Origin: Mobula hypostoma
Taxonomy: Eukaryota
Assembly: GCF_963921235.1 (NCBI RefSeq)
Contig: NC_086108.1
Location: 116,562,001-116,626,000 of the forward strand
Direction: 5' to 3'
DNA: 64,000 bases
Every line of letters begins with the position of its first letter. Position 1 is the stretch's first letter. Shown here one piece after another: positions 37,362 to 50,700 of the stretch. The translations under genes were made by a program, and so were the position numbers. Below the pieces are notes generated by a model. It had not been told where the DNA came from. It saw nothing but the letters and a program-made list of their open reading frames with translations, and searched no databases.

Positions 37362-38557
37362 GAAGTGTTTGCTACCCTGAGGCAAATCAGGGTGGATAAA
37401 ACCCCAGGGCCTGATGATAAATCCCTGAGACCCTACGGAAGACAAGTTTAGAGGCCCTAACAGAGATATGTAAATCATCCCTAGCAACCGGAAAGATACC
37501 AGAGATTGAGGATAGCCAATGTTGTTCCATTGTTTAAAAAAGGCTCCAAAAAGAAACCAAGAAATTATAGGCCTGAGTCTGACATTATTTGTGGAAAGTT
37601 ATTGGAAGGTATTCTAAGGGACCAGTTATAAGTACTTTGATAGACATGGACTGATTAAGGATAGTCAACATGACTTCATGCGTGGTTTGTCATGCCTAAC
37701 CAATCTTACAGAGTTTTTCAGGGTATTTACCAGGAGAGTGGATGAAGGCAAAGCAGTGGATGTTGCCTACATGGACTTTAGCAAGGACTTTGACAAGGTC
37801 CTACATGGGAGGCTGTCAAGAAGGTTCATTTGTTTGGCATTTAGGATGAGGTAGTAAATTGGATTCAACATTGGTTTTGCAAGACAAGCCTAGAAACTGG
37901 CAGTAGAGGGTTGCCTCTCTGACTGGAGGCCTGTGACTGGTGGCATGCCACAGGGATTGATGCTGGGTCCTTTGTTGTTTGTCACCTATATCAACGTTCT
38001 GGATGATAATGTGGTTAACTGGATCAGCAAATTTGCAGATGACACCAAGACTGGGGGGTGTAGTGGAAAGTGAGGAAGGCTATCATGGCTTGCAGAGGGA
38101 TCTGCACCAGCTAGAAAAGTGGGTTGAAAACTGTCAGATGGAATTTAATGTTGACAAGTGCGAGGTTTTGCACTTTGGTAGGACCAACATAGTGAATGGT
38201 TGAACTCTGAAGAGTATGGTAGAACAAGGGGATCTAGGAATGCAGGTACGTAATTTATTGAAGTGCTGTAGGATCGTAAAGAAAGCTTTTGGCACGTTAG
38301 CCTTCATAAATCAATATACTGAGTACAGAAGCTGGCATGTTGTGTTGAAGTTGTCTAAGACATTGGAGAGTCCTATTTTGGAGTATTGTGTGCAGGTTCG
38401 GTTATCTGCCTACAGGAAAGATGTAAACAAGGTTGAAAGAGTGCAGAGGAAATTTACGAGGATTTTGCCAAGTCTTGAGGACCTGAGCTATAAGGAAAGA
38501 TTAAATAGATTAGGACTGTATTCTTTAGAACATGGAAGACTGATGGGTGATTTGATA
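37362..38557 (+). mobile_element. Old CR1 RT fragment
   Basis: QIRVDKTPGPD, MEFNVDKCEVLHFG, ILEYCVQ; many frameshifts. Confidence 0.88.
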
Positions 38558-39069
38558 CCTTCCTCATCACAGACTCAACCAGCAAATTAACCTTTAGGGA
38601 ATCCTGCACAAGGACTCCCAAGTCCTTTTGCACCTCAGTTTTTGTATTTTCTCTCCATTTAGAAAATAGTCAACTTTTGATTTTTTCTACCAAAGTACAT
38701 GACCATACATTTCCTGACACTCTATTCCATCTGTGATTTATTTACCCATTTCCCAAATTTGTTGAAGTCCTTTCGTAGCCTCGTTACTTTCTCAAAAATA
38801 CCTGCTCCTCCACCTACCTTCATATTATCTGTAAACTTTGCAACAAAGCCATCAATTCCATCATCCAAATCATTGACATATAATATAAAAAGAATCGGTC
38901 CCAACACAGACCCCTGTGGAACACCTCTAGTCACTGGCAGCCAACCAAAAAAGACTCCCTTTATTCCCACTCTTTGCCTCCTGCCAATCAGCCACTGCTT
39001 TATCCTGCTGGGATCTTTCCTGTAATACCATGGGCTCATAGCTTGTTAAGCAGCCTCATGTGTAGCATC

Positions 39070-40840
39070 TTAGACCATAATACCATAAGCCATAGGAGCA
39101 GAATTAGGCCATTCAGCCCATCACGTCTGTTCCACCATTCCAACGTGGCTAATCCCAGATTCCACTCAACTCCATACACCTGCCTTCTCACCATATCCTC
39201 AACAGTTCTGTGCGCGCTGCACTCACTGTGCGAGACAGAGTTTCTGCCGCCGGTAACCACCAGGAACTCAAGAAATGCAGCTACGATCTACGCAAAGCCA
39301 TCAAGGCAATGAAACGACAATACAGGGACAAGATCCAGAGAGCCGTCAATGTGACCTGCACCTTGGTCATCTCTGAGGCTGAAGTACACAGGAGATTCCA
39401 ATGAGTGGACAGTGGCAAGGCTGCGGGACCGATGGCATCCCAGGGCGGGTACTCAGAGTGTGTGTGGCACAACTGGCTGGTGTATTTGCAGATATTTTTA
39501 ATCTCTCCCTCTCCCAGTGTAGCGTGCCCCCTGCTTCAAAACGTTGTCCCTGTACCTAAAAAGATCAAGGAAGCATGCCTGAACGACTGGCGTCACCTCA
39601 ATAATAAGCAGATGCTTTGAGAGGCTGGTCAAGGATTACATCTGCAGCTTGCTACCACCCACACTGGACCCCCTACAGTTCACCTACTGGCCTAATCTCA
39701 AATAATAATGAGGCAGCCTACAGAGAAGAAGTCATCACCCTGACACAGTGGTGTCAAGAAAACAACCTCTCCCTCAATGTTGCAAAAGCAAAGGAGCTGG
39801 TTGTGAACTACAGGAGGAACAGAGAGAGGCTCACCCCTGTTGACATTAATGGATCTGTGGTGAAAAGGTGAACAGCTTTAGGTTCCTCGGTATACATATC
39901 ACAGAGGATCTCATGTGGTCTATACATACCGGCTGTGTGGTGAAAAGAGCACAACAGCACCTCTTTCACTTCAGATGGTTGAAGTAGTTTGGTATGAGTC
40001 CCCAAATCCTAAGGACTTTCTTTAGGGGCACAATTGAGAGCATCCTGACTGACTGCATCACTGCCTGGTATGGGAACTGTACCTCCCTTAATCACAGTTC
40101 TCTGCAGAGAGTGATACGGACAGCCCAGCACATCTGTGGATGTGAACTTCCCACTATTCAGGACATTTACAAGGACAGGTGTGTAAAAAGGGCCGGAGGG
40201 ATCATTGGGGACCTGAGTCACCCCAACCACAAACTGTTCCAGCTGCTGCCATCCGGGAAATGGTACCGCAGCATTAAAGCCAGGACCAACAGGCTTCAGG
40301 ACAGCTTCTTCCACCAGGCCATCAGACTGATGAACTCACACTGACATAATTGTGACTGTTCTGTTGTATATCTTACTGTACATACTATTTATTACAAATT
40401 ACTATAATTTGCACATTGCACAGTCAGACAGAGACATAACGTCTGTATGTGAAGCAAGTAAGAAATAAAGTCAATTCAATTCAATATCCTCTGATTCCCT
40501 AAACCGATCAGGAAACAATCAACTTCTACCTTAAATATACCCACGGACTTGGCCTTCACCGCAGTCTGTGGCAGAGCATTCCACAGATTCACTATTCTCT
40601 GGCTAAAAAAATTCCTCCTAACCTTTGTTTTAAAAGGTTGCCCCTCAATTTTGAGGCTGTGCCCTCCACTTCTGGATACCCCCACCATAGGAAACATCCT
40701 CTCCACATCCACCAAATCTAGTCCTTTCAGCATTGGGTAGGTTTCAATGAGATCCCCCTGCATTCTTTTAAATTCTAGTGAGTACAGGCCCAAAGCTGCC
40801 AAACACTCCTCATATGTTAACCCTTTCATTCCTGGAATCT
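39070..40840 (-). mobile_element. CR1 3' portion in two pieces (39070-39200, 40484-40840) split by a Rex1 insertion
   Basis: Tail AGACCATAATACCATAAG. ORF 40476-40853 has GLYSLEFKRMQGDLIET. The pieces join via ATATCCTC. Confidence 0.85.
39201..40483 (+). mobile_element. Rex1/Babar-type LINE, internally deleted
   Basis: YDLRKAIK..KRQYRDKI, PVPKK...CLNDWR, WCQENNLSLNVAKAKELVV, LLPSGKWYRS...LQDSFF. AATAAAG(TCAAT)n tail. 8-bp TSD ATATCCTC (39193-39200, 40484-40491). Confidence 0.88.
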
Positions 40841-41444
40841 GAGCCTCAAGCACTGCGGCACATGAGGGAGGGGGGAGTTACCTGGATTCTCTGTTTCAGG
40901 GAGTAGTTATACCCATCAGATTAGCTGCCTCAAATCCGGTCTGTGGTCAGGGACAAGAGGGTGTGACTGTGAGTGAGGTGGGTAGTGGGATCCAAGAGAA
41001 GGTGCTGGAGGAGCCTCAGCCCTTGATCTTGTCCAGCAGGTCTGAGATTCTTGCTCCCTGTGTGGATGAGAGTGGGGGCCGTAGGAAGGATGGGCAACCT
41101 CACTGTGACACTACTTCAGGGAGTGATTGAAGAGGGGGAGAGAAGAGAAATGTAGTGGTAATTAGAGGTGGTATAGTCAGGGGAATAGACAGTTCTCTGA
41201 TGTGAGGATAGAATTGGGTTGCCTGTCCAGATTCAGGACATCTTGTCTGACCTGCAGAGGAACTTGCAGTGGGAGGGGAAAGAGTCCGTTGTCTCTGTGG
41301 GTAGCAATGACATAGGTAGAATGAGGAAAAAGGTTCTGCTGAGGGAATTTGAGCAGCTAGGGACTAAATTAAAAAGCAGAACCAAAAAACTTGTAATCTC
41401 TGAATTACTACCTGAGCTACGTGCAAATTGGCATAGGATCAAGA
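40841..41444 (+). mobile_element. Degraded CR1 ORF1 fragment
   Basis: VGSNDIGRMRKKVLLREFEQLGTKLKSRTKKLVISELLP (esterase region). Confidence 0.85.
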
Positions 41445-41735
41445 TGTTATACGGGCACAGCTGGGAACGGACCCAAGTGCAAGACACAGACACTGAAGTA
41501 CTAGGGACAGGACTAGGATACAGGGCGATGGCAAGGACATGGACAGGAAAACCAGGAACCTGGAACAGGACTGAACAAGGGAGCTAGGACCCAGTACCTG
41601 GGTCTTGCCTCTGGCTCGGGCCCCAGAACAAGGCAAGGACAAGGCTTGGCAGGCAGGAAGGACGATGCAGAAATCTACAGGCTTGAAGCTTGAGGCTAGA
41701 GGCTAGAGACTTGGCTTCGCTTGGCAAGAGGCTAG
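41445..41735 (-). mobile_element. LTR terminus related to the solo LTR at 8602; runs into the satellite
   Basis: Begins TGTTAT abruptly within CR1 ORF1. Shares TGCAAGACAC...TACTAGG.ACAGGACT and GGACCCAG.ACCTGGGTCTTG with 8635-8910. Confidence 0.75.
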
Positions 41736-44700
41736 GGGCAGGAGACTTGAGGCGAGGCCCGAGGCAGGAGACTTGAGGCGAGGCGAGGATACAGGCAGGA
41801 GACTTGAGGCGAGGCCCGAGGTTGGAGGGGAGGCTTGAGGCGAGGCTGCAGGCAGGAGACTCGAGGCGAGGCCGGACGACGGAGGCAGGAGACTCGAGGC
41901 GAGGCCGGAGGACGGAGGCAGAAGACTCGAGGCAAGGCCGGAGGACGGAGGCAGGAGACTCGAGGCGAGGCCGGAGGACGGAGGCTGGAGACTCGAGGCG
42001 AGGCCGGAGGACGGTGGCAGGAGACTCGAGGCGAGGCCGGACGACGGAGGCAGGAGACTCGAGGCGAGGCCGGAGGCCGGAGGCAGGAGACTCGAGGCGA
42101 GGCCGGAGGCCGGAGGCAGGAGACTCGAGGCGAGGCGAGGCTGGAGGCAGGAGACTCGAGGCGAAGCGAGGCTGGAGGCAGGGGACTCGAGGTGAGGCGA
42201 GGCTGGAGGCAGGAGACTTGAGGCGAGGCTGGAGGCAGGAGACTCGAGGCGAGGCGAGGCCGGAGTCAGGAGACTCGAGGCTAGGCGAGGCCAGAGGCAG
42301 GAGACTCGAGGCGAGGCGAGGCCAGAGGCAGGAGACTCGAGGCGCGGCGAGGCCGGAGGCAGGAGACTCGAGGCTAGGTGAGGCAGGAGGCAGGAGACTC
42401 GAGGCGAGGCCGGAGGCAGAAGACTCGAGGCGAGGTGAGGCCGGAGGCAGGAGACTCGAGGCGAGGCGAGGCCGGAGGCAGGAGACTCGAGGCGAGGCGA
42501 GGCCGGAGGCAGGAGACTCGAGGCGAGACTGGAGGCAGGAGACTTGAGGCTAGGCGAGGCCGGAGGCAGGAGACTCGAGGCGAGGCGAGGATACAGGCAG
42601 GAGACTTGAGGCGAGGCGAGGCCGGAGGCAGGAGAATCGAGGCGAGGCGAGACCGGAGGCAGGAGAATCGAGGCGAGGCGAGGCCGGAGGCAGGAGAATT
42701 GAGGCGAGGCGAGGCCGGAGGCAGGAGAATCGAGGCGAGGTGAGGCCGCAGGCAGGAGACTCGAGGCGAGGCGAGGCCGGAGGCAGGAGAATCGAGGCAA
42801 GGCGAGGCCGGAGGCAGGAGAATCGTGGCGAGGCGAGGCCGGAGGCAGGAGACTCGAGGTGAGGCGAGGCCGGAGGCAGGGGACTCGAGGCGAGGCGAGG
42901 CGAGGCCGGAGGCAGGAGACTCCAGGTGAGGCGAGGCTGGAGGCAGGAGACTTGAGGCGAGACTGGAGGCAGGAGACTTGAGGCTAGGCGAGGCCGGAGG
43001 CAGGAGACCCGAGGCGAGGCGAGTATACAGGCAGGAGCCTCGAGGCGAGGCGAGGCCGGAGGCAGGAGACTCGAGGCGAGGCGAGGCCGGAGACAGGAGA
43101 CTCGAGGCGAGGCGAGGCCGGAGGAAAGAGACTCGAGGCGAGGCGAGGCGAGGCCGGAGGCAGGAGAATCGAGGCGAGGCGAAGCTGGAGGCAGGAGACT
43201 TGAGGCGAGGTGAGGCCGGAGGCAGGAGACTTGAGGCGAGGCGAGGCCGGAGGCAGGAGACTCGAGGCGAGGCGAGGCCGGAGGCAGGAGAATCGAGGCG
43301 AGGCGAGGACGCAGGCAGGAGACTCGAGGCGAGGCGAGGCCGGAGGCAGGAGACTCGAGGTGAGGCGAGGCTGGAGGCAGGAGACTTGAGGCGAGACTGG
43401 AGGCAGGAGACTCGAGGCGAGGCGAGGCCGGAGGCAGGAGAATCGAGGCGAGGCGAGGCCGGAGGCAGGAGAATTGAGGCGAGGCGAGGCCGGAGGCAGG
43501 AGAATCGAGGCGAGGTGAGGCCGCAGGCAGGAGACTCGAGGCGAGGCGAGGCCGGAGGCAGGAGAATTGAGGCGAGGCGAGGCCGGAGGCAGGAGAATCG
43601 AGGCGAGGTGAGGCCGCAGGCAGGAGACTCGAGGCGAGGCGAGGCCGGAGGCAGGAGAATCGAGGCAAGGCGAGGCCGGAGGCAGGAGAATCATGGTGAG
43701 GCGAGGCCGGAGGCAGGAGAATTGAGGCGAGGCGAGGCCGGAGGCAGGAGAATCGAGGCGAGGTGAGGCCGCAGGCAGGAGACTCGAGGCGAGGCGAGGC
43801 CGGAGGCAGGAGAATCGAGGCAAGGCGAGGCCGGAGGCAGGAGAATCGTGGCGAGGCGAGGCCGGAGGCAGGAGACTCGAGGTGAGGCGAGGCTGGAGGC
43901 AGGGGACTCGAGGCGAGGCGAGGCGAGGCCGGAGGCAGGAGACTCCAGGTGAGGCAAGGCTGGAGGCAGGAGACTTGAGGCGAGACTGGAGGCAGGAGAC
44001 TTGAGGCTAGGCGAGGCCCGAGGCAGGAGACCCGAGGCGAGGCGAGTATACAGGCAGGAGCCTCGAGGCGAGGCGAGGCCGGAGGCAGGAGACTCGAGGC
44101 GAGGCGAGGCCGGAGACAGGAGACTCGAGGCGAGGCGAGGCCGGAGGCAAGAGACTCGAGGCGAGGCGAGGCGAGGCCGGAGGCAGGAGAATCGAGGCGA
44201 GGCGAGGCGAGGCCGGAGGGAGGAGACTCGAGGCGAGGCAAGGCCGGAGGCAGGAGAATCGAGGCGAGGCGAGGCCGGAGGCAGGAGAATTCTGGCGAGG
44301 CGAGGCCGGAGGCAGGAGACTCGAGGCGAGGCGAGGACGGAGGCAGAAGACTCGAGGCGAGGCGAGGCCGGAGGCAGGAGACTCGAGGCGAGGCGAGGCC
44401 GGAGGCAGGAGACTCGAGGCGAGGCGAGGCCGGAGGCAGGAGACTCGAGGTGAGACTGGAGGCAGGAGACTTGAAGCTAGGCGAGGCCGGAGGCAGGAGA
44501 CTCCAGGCGAGGCGAGGATACAGGCAGGAGACTCGAGGCGAGGCGAGGCCGGAGGCAGGAGACTCGAGGCAAGGCGTGGCCGGAGGCAGGAGACTTGAGG
44601 CGAGGCGAGGCCGGAGGCAGGAGACTCGAGGCGAGGCGAGGCCGGAGGCAGGAGAATCGAGGCGAGGTGAGGCCGGAGGCAGGAGAATCGTGGCGAGGCG

Positions 44701-47700
44701 AGGCCGGAGGCAGGAGACTCGAGGCGAGGCGAGGCCGGAGGCAGGAGACTCGAGGCGAGGCGAGGCCGGAGGCAGGAGACTCGAGGTGAGGCGAGGCTGG
44801 AGGCAGGAGACTTGAGGCGAGACTGGAGGCAGGAGACTTGAGGCTAGGCGAGGCCGGAGGCAGGAGACCCGAGGCGAGGCGAGTATACAGGCAGGAGCCT
44901 CGAGGCGAGGCAAGGCCGGAGGCAGGAGACTCGAGGCGAGGCGAGGCCGGAGACAGGAGACTCGAGGCGAGGCGAGGCCGGAGGCAAGAGACTCGAGGCG
45001 AGGCGAGGCGAGGCCCGATGCAGGAGAATCGAGGCGAGGCGAAGCTGGAGGCTGGAGACTTGAGGCGAGGTGAGGCTGGAGGCAGGAGACTTGAGGCGAG
45101 GCGAGGATACAGGCAGGAGACTTGAGGCGAGGCGAGGCCGGAGGCAGGAGACTCGAGGCGAGGCGAGGCCGGAGGCAGGAGAATCGAGGAGAGGCGAGGC
45201 CGGAGGCAGGAGAATCGAGGCGAGGCGAGGCGAGGCCGGAGGCAGGAGAATCGAGGCGAGGCGAGGCGAGGCCGGAGGCAGGAGAATCGAGGCGAGGCGA
45301 GGCCGGAGGCAGGAGAATTGCGGCGAGGCGAGGCCGGAGGCAGGAGACTCGAGGCGAGGCGAGGCCGGAGGGAGGAGACTCGAGGCGAGGCGAGGCCGGA
45401 GGCAGGAGAATCGAGGTGAGGCGAGGCCGGAGGCAGGAGAATTCTGGCGAGGCGAGGCCGGAGGCAGGAGACTCGAGGCGAGGCGAGGACGGAGGCAGAA
45501 GACTCGAGGCGAGGCGAGGCCGGAGGCAGGAGACTCGAGGCGAGGCAAGGCCGGAGGCAGGAGACTCGAGGCGAGGCGAGGCTGGAGGCAGGAGACTCGA
45601 GGTGAGACTGGAGGCAGGAGACTTGAGGCTAGGCGAGGCCGGAGGCAGGAGACTCCAGGCGAGGCGAGGATACAGGCAGGAGACTCGAGGCGAGGCGAGG
45701 CCGGAGGCAGGAGACTCGAGGCAAGGCGTGGCCGGAGGCAGGAGACTCGAGGCGAGGCGAGGCCGGAGGCAGGAGACTCGAGGCGAGGCGAGGCCGGAGG
45801 CAGGAGACTTGAGGCGAGGCGAGGCTGGAGGCAGGATACTTGAGGCGAGGCTGGAGGCAGGAGACTCGAGGCTAGACGAGTCCGGAGGCAGGAGACTCAA
45901 GGGGAGGCCGGAGGATGGAGGCAGGAGACTCGAGGCGAGGTGAGGCTGGAGGCAGGAGACTTGAGGCGAGGCGAGGCTGGAAGCAGGAGACTTGAGACCA
46001 GGCTGGAGGCAGGAGACTCGAGGCTAGGCGAGGCCGGAGGCAGGAGACTCAAGGCGAGGCCGGAGGACAGAGGCAGGAGACTCGAGGCGAGGCCGGAGGC
46101 AGGAGACTCGAGGCGAGGCGAGGCCGGCGGCAGGAGACTCGAGGCAAGGCGAGGCCGGTGGCAGGAAACTCGAGGCGAGGCGAGGCCGGAGGCAGGAGAC
46201 TCGAGGCGAGGCGAGGCCGGAGGCAGGAGAATCGAGGCGAGGCGAGGCCGGAGGCAGGAGAATCGAGGCGAGGCCAGAGGCAGGAGAATCGAGGCAAGGC
46301 GAGGCCGGAGACAGGAGAATCAAGACGAGACGAGGCCGGAGGCAGGAGACTCGAGACGAGGCGAGGCCGGAGGCAGGAGACTTGAGGCGAGGCGAGGCTA
46401 GAGGCAGGAGACTTGAGGCGAGGCTGGAGGCAGGAGACTCGAGGCTAGACGAGGCCGGAGGCAGGAGACTCAAGGCGAGGCCGGAGGTCGGAGGCAGGAG
46501 ACTCAAGGCGAGGCGAGGCCAGAGGCAGGAGACTCGAGGCGAGCCGAGGCCGGAGGCAGGAGACTCGAGGCTAGACGAGGCCGGAGGCAGGAGACTCAAG
46601 GCGAGGCCGGAGGACGGAAGCAGGAGACTCAAGGCGAGGCGAGGCCGGAGGCAGGAGACTCGAGGCGAGCCAAGGCCGGAGGCAGGAGACTCGAGGCGAG
46701 GCGAGGATACAGGCAGGAGACTCGAGGCGAGGCGAGGCCAGAGGCAGGAGACTCGAGGCGAGGCGAGGATACAGGCAGGAGACTTGAGGCGAGGCGAGGC
46801 CGGAGGCAGGAGACTCGAGGCGAGGCGAGGCCGGAGGCAGGAGAATCGAGGTGAGGCGAGGCCGGAGGCAGGAGAATCGAGGCGAGGCGAGGCCGGAGGC
46901 AGGAGAATCGAGGCGAGGCGAGGCCGGAGGCAGGAGAATCGAGGCGAGGCGAGGCCGGAGGCAGGAGACTCGAGGCGAGGCGAGGCCGGAGGCAGGAGAC
47001 TCGAGGCGAGGCGAGGCCGGAGGCAGGAGACTTGAGGCGAGGCTGGAGGCAGGAGACTCGAGGCTAGACGAGGCCGGAGGCAGGAGAGTCAAGGTGAGGC
47101 CGGAGGACGGAGGCAGGAGACTCAAGGCGAGGCGAGGCCGGAGGCAGGAGACTAGAGGCGAGGCGAGGCCGGAGGCAGGAGACTCGAGGCGAGGCGAGGC
47201 TGGAGGCAGGAGTCTTGAGGCGAGGCGAGGCTGGAGGCAGGAGACTTGAGGTGAGGCTGGAGGCAGGAGACTCGAGGCTAGGCGAGGCCGGTAGGCAGGA
47301 GACTCAAGGCGAGGCCGGAGGACGGAGGCAGGAGACTCGAGGCGAGGCTGGAGGCCGGAGGCAGGAGACTCGAGGCGAGGCAAGGCCGGAGGCAGGAGAC
47401 TCGAGGCAAGGCGAGGCCGGAGGCAGGAGACTCAAGGCGAGGCCGGAGGCAGGAGACTCGAGGCGAGGCTGGAGGCAGGAGACTCGAGGCGAGGCGAGGC
47501 CGGAGGCAGGAGAATCGAGGCGAGGCGAGGCCGGAGGCAGGAGACTCGAGGCGAGGCGAAGCCTGAGGCCGGAGACTCGAGGCGAGACTGGAGGCAAGAG
47601 ACTTGAGGCTAGGTGAGGCCGGAGGCAGGAGTCTCGAGGCGAGACGAGGCCGGAGGCAGGAGACTCGAGGCGAGGCGAGGCCGGAGGCAGGAGACTCGAG

Positions 47701-50700
47701 ACGAGACTGGAGGCAGGAGACTTGAGGCTAGGTGAGGCCGGAGGCAGGAGATACGAGGCGAGGCGAGGATAAAGGCAGGAGACTCGAGGCGAGGCGAGGC
47801 CGGAGGCAGGAGACTCGAGGCGAGGCGAGGACGGTGGCAGGAGACTCGAGGCGAGGGGATGCCGGAGGCAGGAGACTTGAGGCGAGGCGAGGCCGGAGGC
47901 AGGAGACTCCAGGCGAGGCGAGGCCAGAGGCAGGAGACTCGAGGTTAGGCGAGGCCGGAGGACGGATGCAGGAGACTCGAGGCGAGGCCGGAGGCCGGAG
48001 GCAGGAGACTCAAGACGAGGCCAGTGGCCGGAGGCAGGAGACTCGAGGCAAGGCCGGAGGCCGGAGGCAGGAGACTCAAGACGAGGCCAGAGGCCGGAGG
48101 CAGGAGACTCGAGGCGAGGCGAGGCTGGAGGCAGGAGACTCGAGGCGAGGCGAGGCTGGAGGCAGGAGACTCGAGGCGAGGCGAGGCCGGAGGCAGGAGA
48201 CTCGAGGCGAGGCGAGGCCGGAGGCAGGAAACTCGAGGCGAGGCGAGGCCGGAGGCAGGAGACTTGAGGCGAGGCGAGGCTGGAGGCAGGAGACTCGAGG
48301 CGAGACTGGAGGCAGGAGACTTGAGGCGAGGCTGGAGGCAGGAGACTCGAGGCTAGACGAGGCCGGAGGCAGGAGAGTCAAGGTGAGGCCGGAGGACGGA
48401 GGCAGGAGACTCAAGGCGAGGCGAGGCCGGAGGCAGGAGACTAGAGGCGAGGCGAGGCCGGAGGCAGGAGACTCGAGGCGAGGCGAGGCTGGAGGCAGGA
48501 GTCTTGAGGCGAGGCGAGGCTGGAGGCAGGAGACTTGAGGTGAGGCTGGAGGCAGGAGACTCGAGGCTAGGCGAGGCCGGTAGGCAGGAGACTCAAGGCG
48601 AGGCCGGAGGACGGAGGCAGGAGACTCGAGGCGAGGCTGGAGGCCGGAGGCAGGAGACTCGAGGCGAGGCAAGGCCGGAGGCAGGAGACTCGAGGCAAGG
48701 CGAGGCCGGAGGCAGGAGAATCGAGGTGAGGCGAGGCCGGAGGCAGGAGACTCGAGGCGAGGCGAAGCCTGAGGCCGGAGACTCGAGGCGAGACTGGAGG
48801 CAAGAGACTTGAGGCTAGGTGAGGCCGGAGGCAGGAGTCTCGAGGCGAGACGAGGCCGGAGGCAGGAGACTCGAGGCGAGGCGAGGCCGGAGGCAGGAGA
48901 CTCGAGACGAGACTGGAGGCAGGAGACTTGAGGCTAGGTGAGGCCGGAGGCAGGAGACACGAGGCGAGGCGAGGATAAAGGCAGGAGACTCGAGGCGAGG
49001 CGAGGCCGGAGGCAGGAGACTCGAGGCGAGGCGAGGACGGTGGCAGGAGACTCGAGGCGAGGGGATGCCGGAGGCAGGAGACTTGAGGCGAGGCGAGGCC
49101 GGAGGCAGGAGACTCCAGGCGAGGCGAGGCCAGAGGCAGGAGACTCGAGGTTAGGCGAGGCCGGAGGACGGATGCAGGAGACTCGAGGCGAGGCCGGAGG
49201 CCGGAGGCAGGAGACTCAAGACGAGGCCAGTGGCCGGAGGCAGGAGACTCGAGGCAAGGCCGGAGGCCGGAGGCAGGAGACTCAAGACGAGGCCAGAGGC
49301 CGGAGGCAGGAGACTCGAGGCGAGGCGAGGCTGGAGGCAGGAGACTCGAGGCGAGGCGAGGCTGGAGGCAGGAGACTCGAGGCGAGGCGAGGACGGAGGC
49401 AGGAGACTCGAGGCGAGGCGAGGCCGGAGGCAGGAAACTCGAGGCGAGGCGAGGCCGGAGGCAGGAGACTTGAGGCGAGGCGAGGCTGGAGGCAGGAGAC
49501 TCGAGGCGAGACTGGAGGCAGGAGACTTGAGGCTAGGCGAGGCCGCAGGCAGGAGACGCGAGGCGAGGCGAGGATACAGGCAGGAGACTCGAGGCGAGGC
49601 GAGGCCAGTGGCAGAAGACTCGAGGCGAGGCGAGGCCGGAGGCAGGAGACTCGAGGCGAGGCGAGGCCGGAGGCAGGAGACTCGAGGCGAGGCGAGGCCG
49701 GAGGCAGGAGACTCGAGGCGAGGGGAGGCCGGAGGCAGGAGACTCGAGGCGAGGCGAGGCCGGAGGCAGGAGACTCGAGGCGAGGCGAGGCCGGAGGCAG
49801 GAGACTTGAGGCTAGGCGAGGCCGGAGGCAGGAGACTCGAGGCGAGGCGAGGATACAGGCAGGAGACTTGAGGCGAGGCGAGGCCGGAGGCAGGAGACTC
49901 GAGGCGAGGCGAGGCCGGAGGCAGGAGAATCGAGGCGAGGCGAGGCCGGAGGCAGGAGACTCGAGGCGAGGCGAGGCCGGAGGCAGGAGAATCGAGGCGA
50001 GGCGAGGCCGCAGGCAGGAGACTCGAGGCGAGGCGAGGCCGGAGGCAGGAGACTCGAGGCGAGGCGAGGCGAGGCCGGAGGCAGGAGACTCGAGGCGAGG
50101 CGAGGCCGGAGGCAGGAGACTCGAGGCGAGGACTGGAGGCAGGAGACTTGAGGCTAGGCGAGGCCGGAGGCAGGAGACTCGAGGCGAGGCGAGGCCGGAG
50201 GCAGGAGACTCGAGGCGAGGCGAGGCCGGAGGCAGGAGACTCGAGGCGAGGCGAGGCCGGAGGCAGGAGACTCGAGGCGAGGCGAGGCCGGAGGCAGGAG
50301 ACTCGAGGCGAGGCGAGGCCGGAGGCAGGAGACTCGAGGCGAGGCGAGGCCGGAGGCAGGAGACTCGAGGCGAGGCGAGGCCGGAGGCAGGAGACTCGAG
50401 GCGAGGCGAGGCCGGAGGCAGGAGACTCGAGGCGAGACTGGAGGCAGGAGACTTGAGGCTAGGCGAGGCCGGAGGCAGGAGACTCGAGGCGAGGCGAGGC
50501 CGGAGGCAGGAGACTCGAGGCGAGGCGAGGCCGGAGGCAGGAGACTCGAGGCGAGGCGAGGCCGGAGGCAGGAGACTCGAGGCGAGGCGAGGCCGGAGGC
50601 AGGAGAATCGAGGCGAGGCGAGGCCGGAGGCAGGAGACTCGAGGCGAGGCGAGGCCGGAGGCAGGAGACTCGAGGCGAGGCGAGGCCGGAGGCAGGAGAC

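Larger units (their letters stand above)
34262..39068 (-). mobile_element. Old CR1 host in three pieces (34262-34385, 37149-37361, 38558-39068)
   Basis: The 3'UTR ...GCCCTGACTAAT resumes as AATTAAGAATCTATC at 37149. ORF 37140-37487 has C-terminal motifs. ORF 38722-39039 has [15 protein letters not shown]. Joining the third piece is inferred. Confidence 0.7.
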
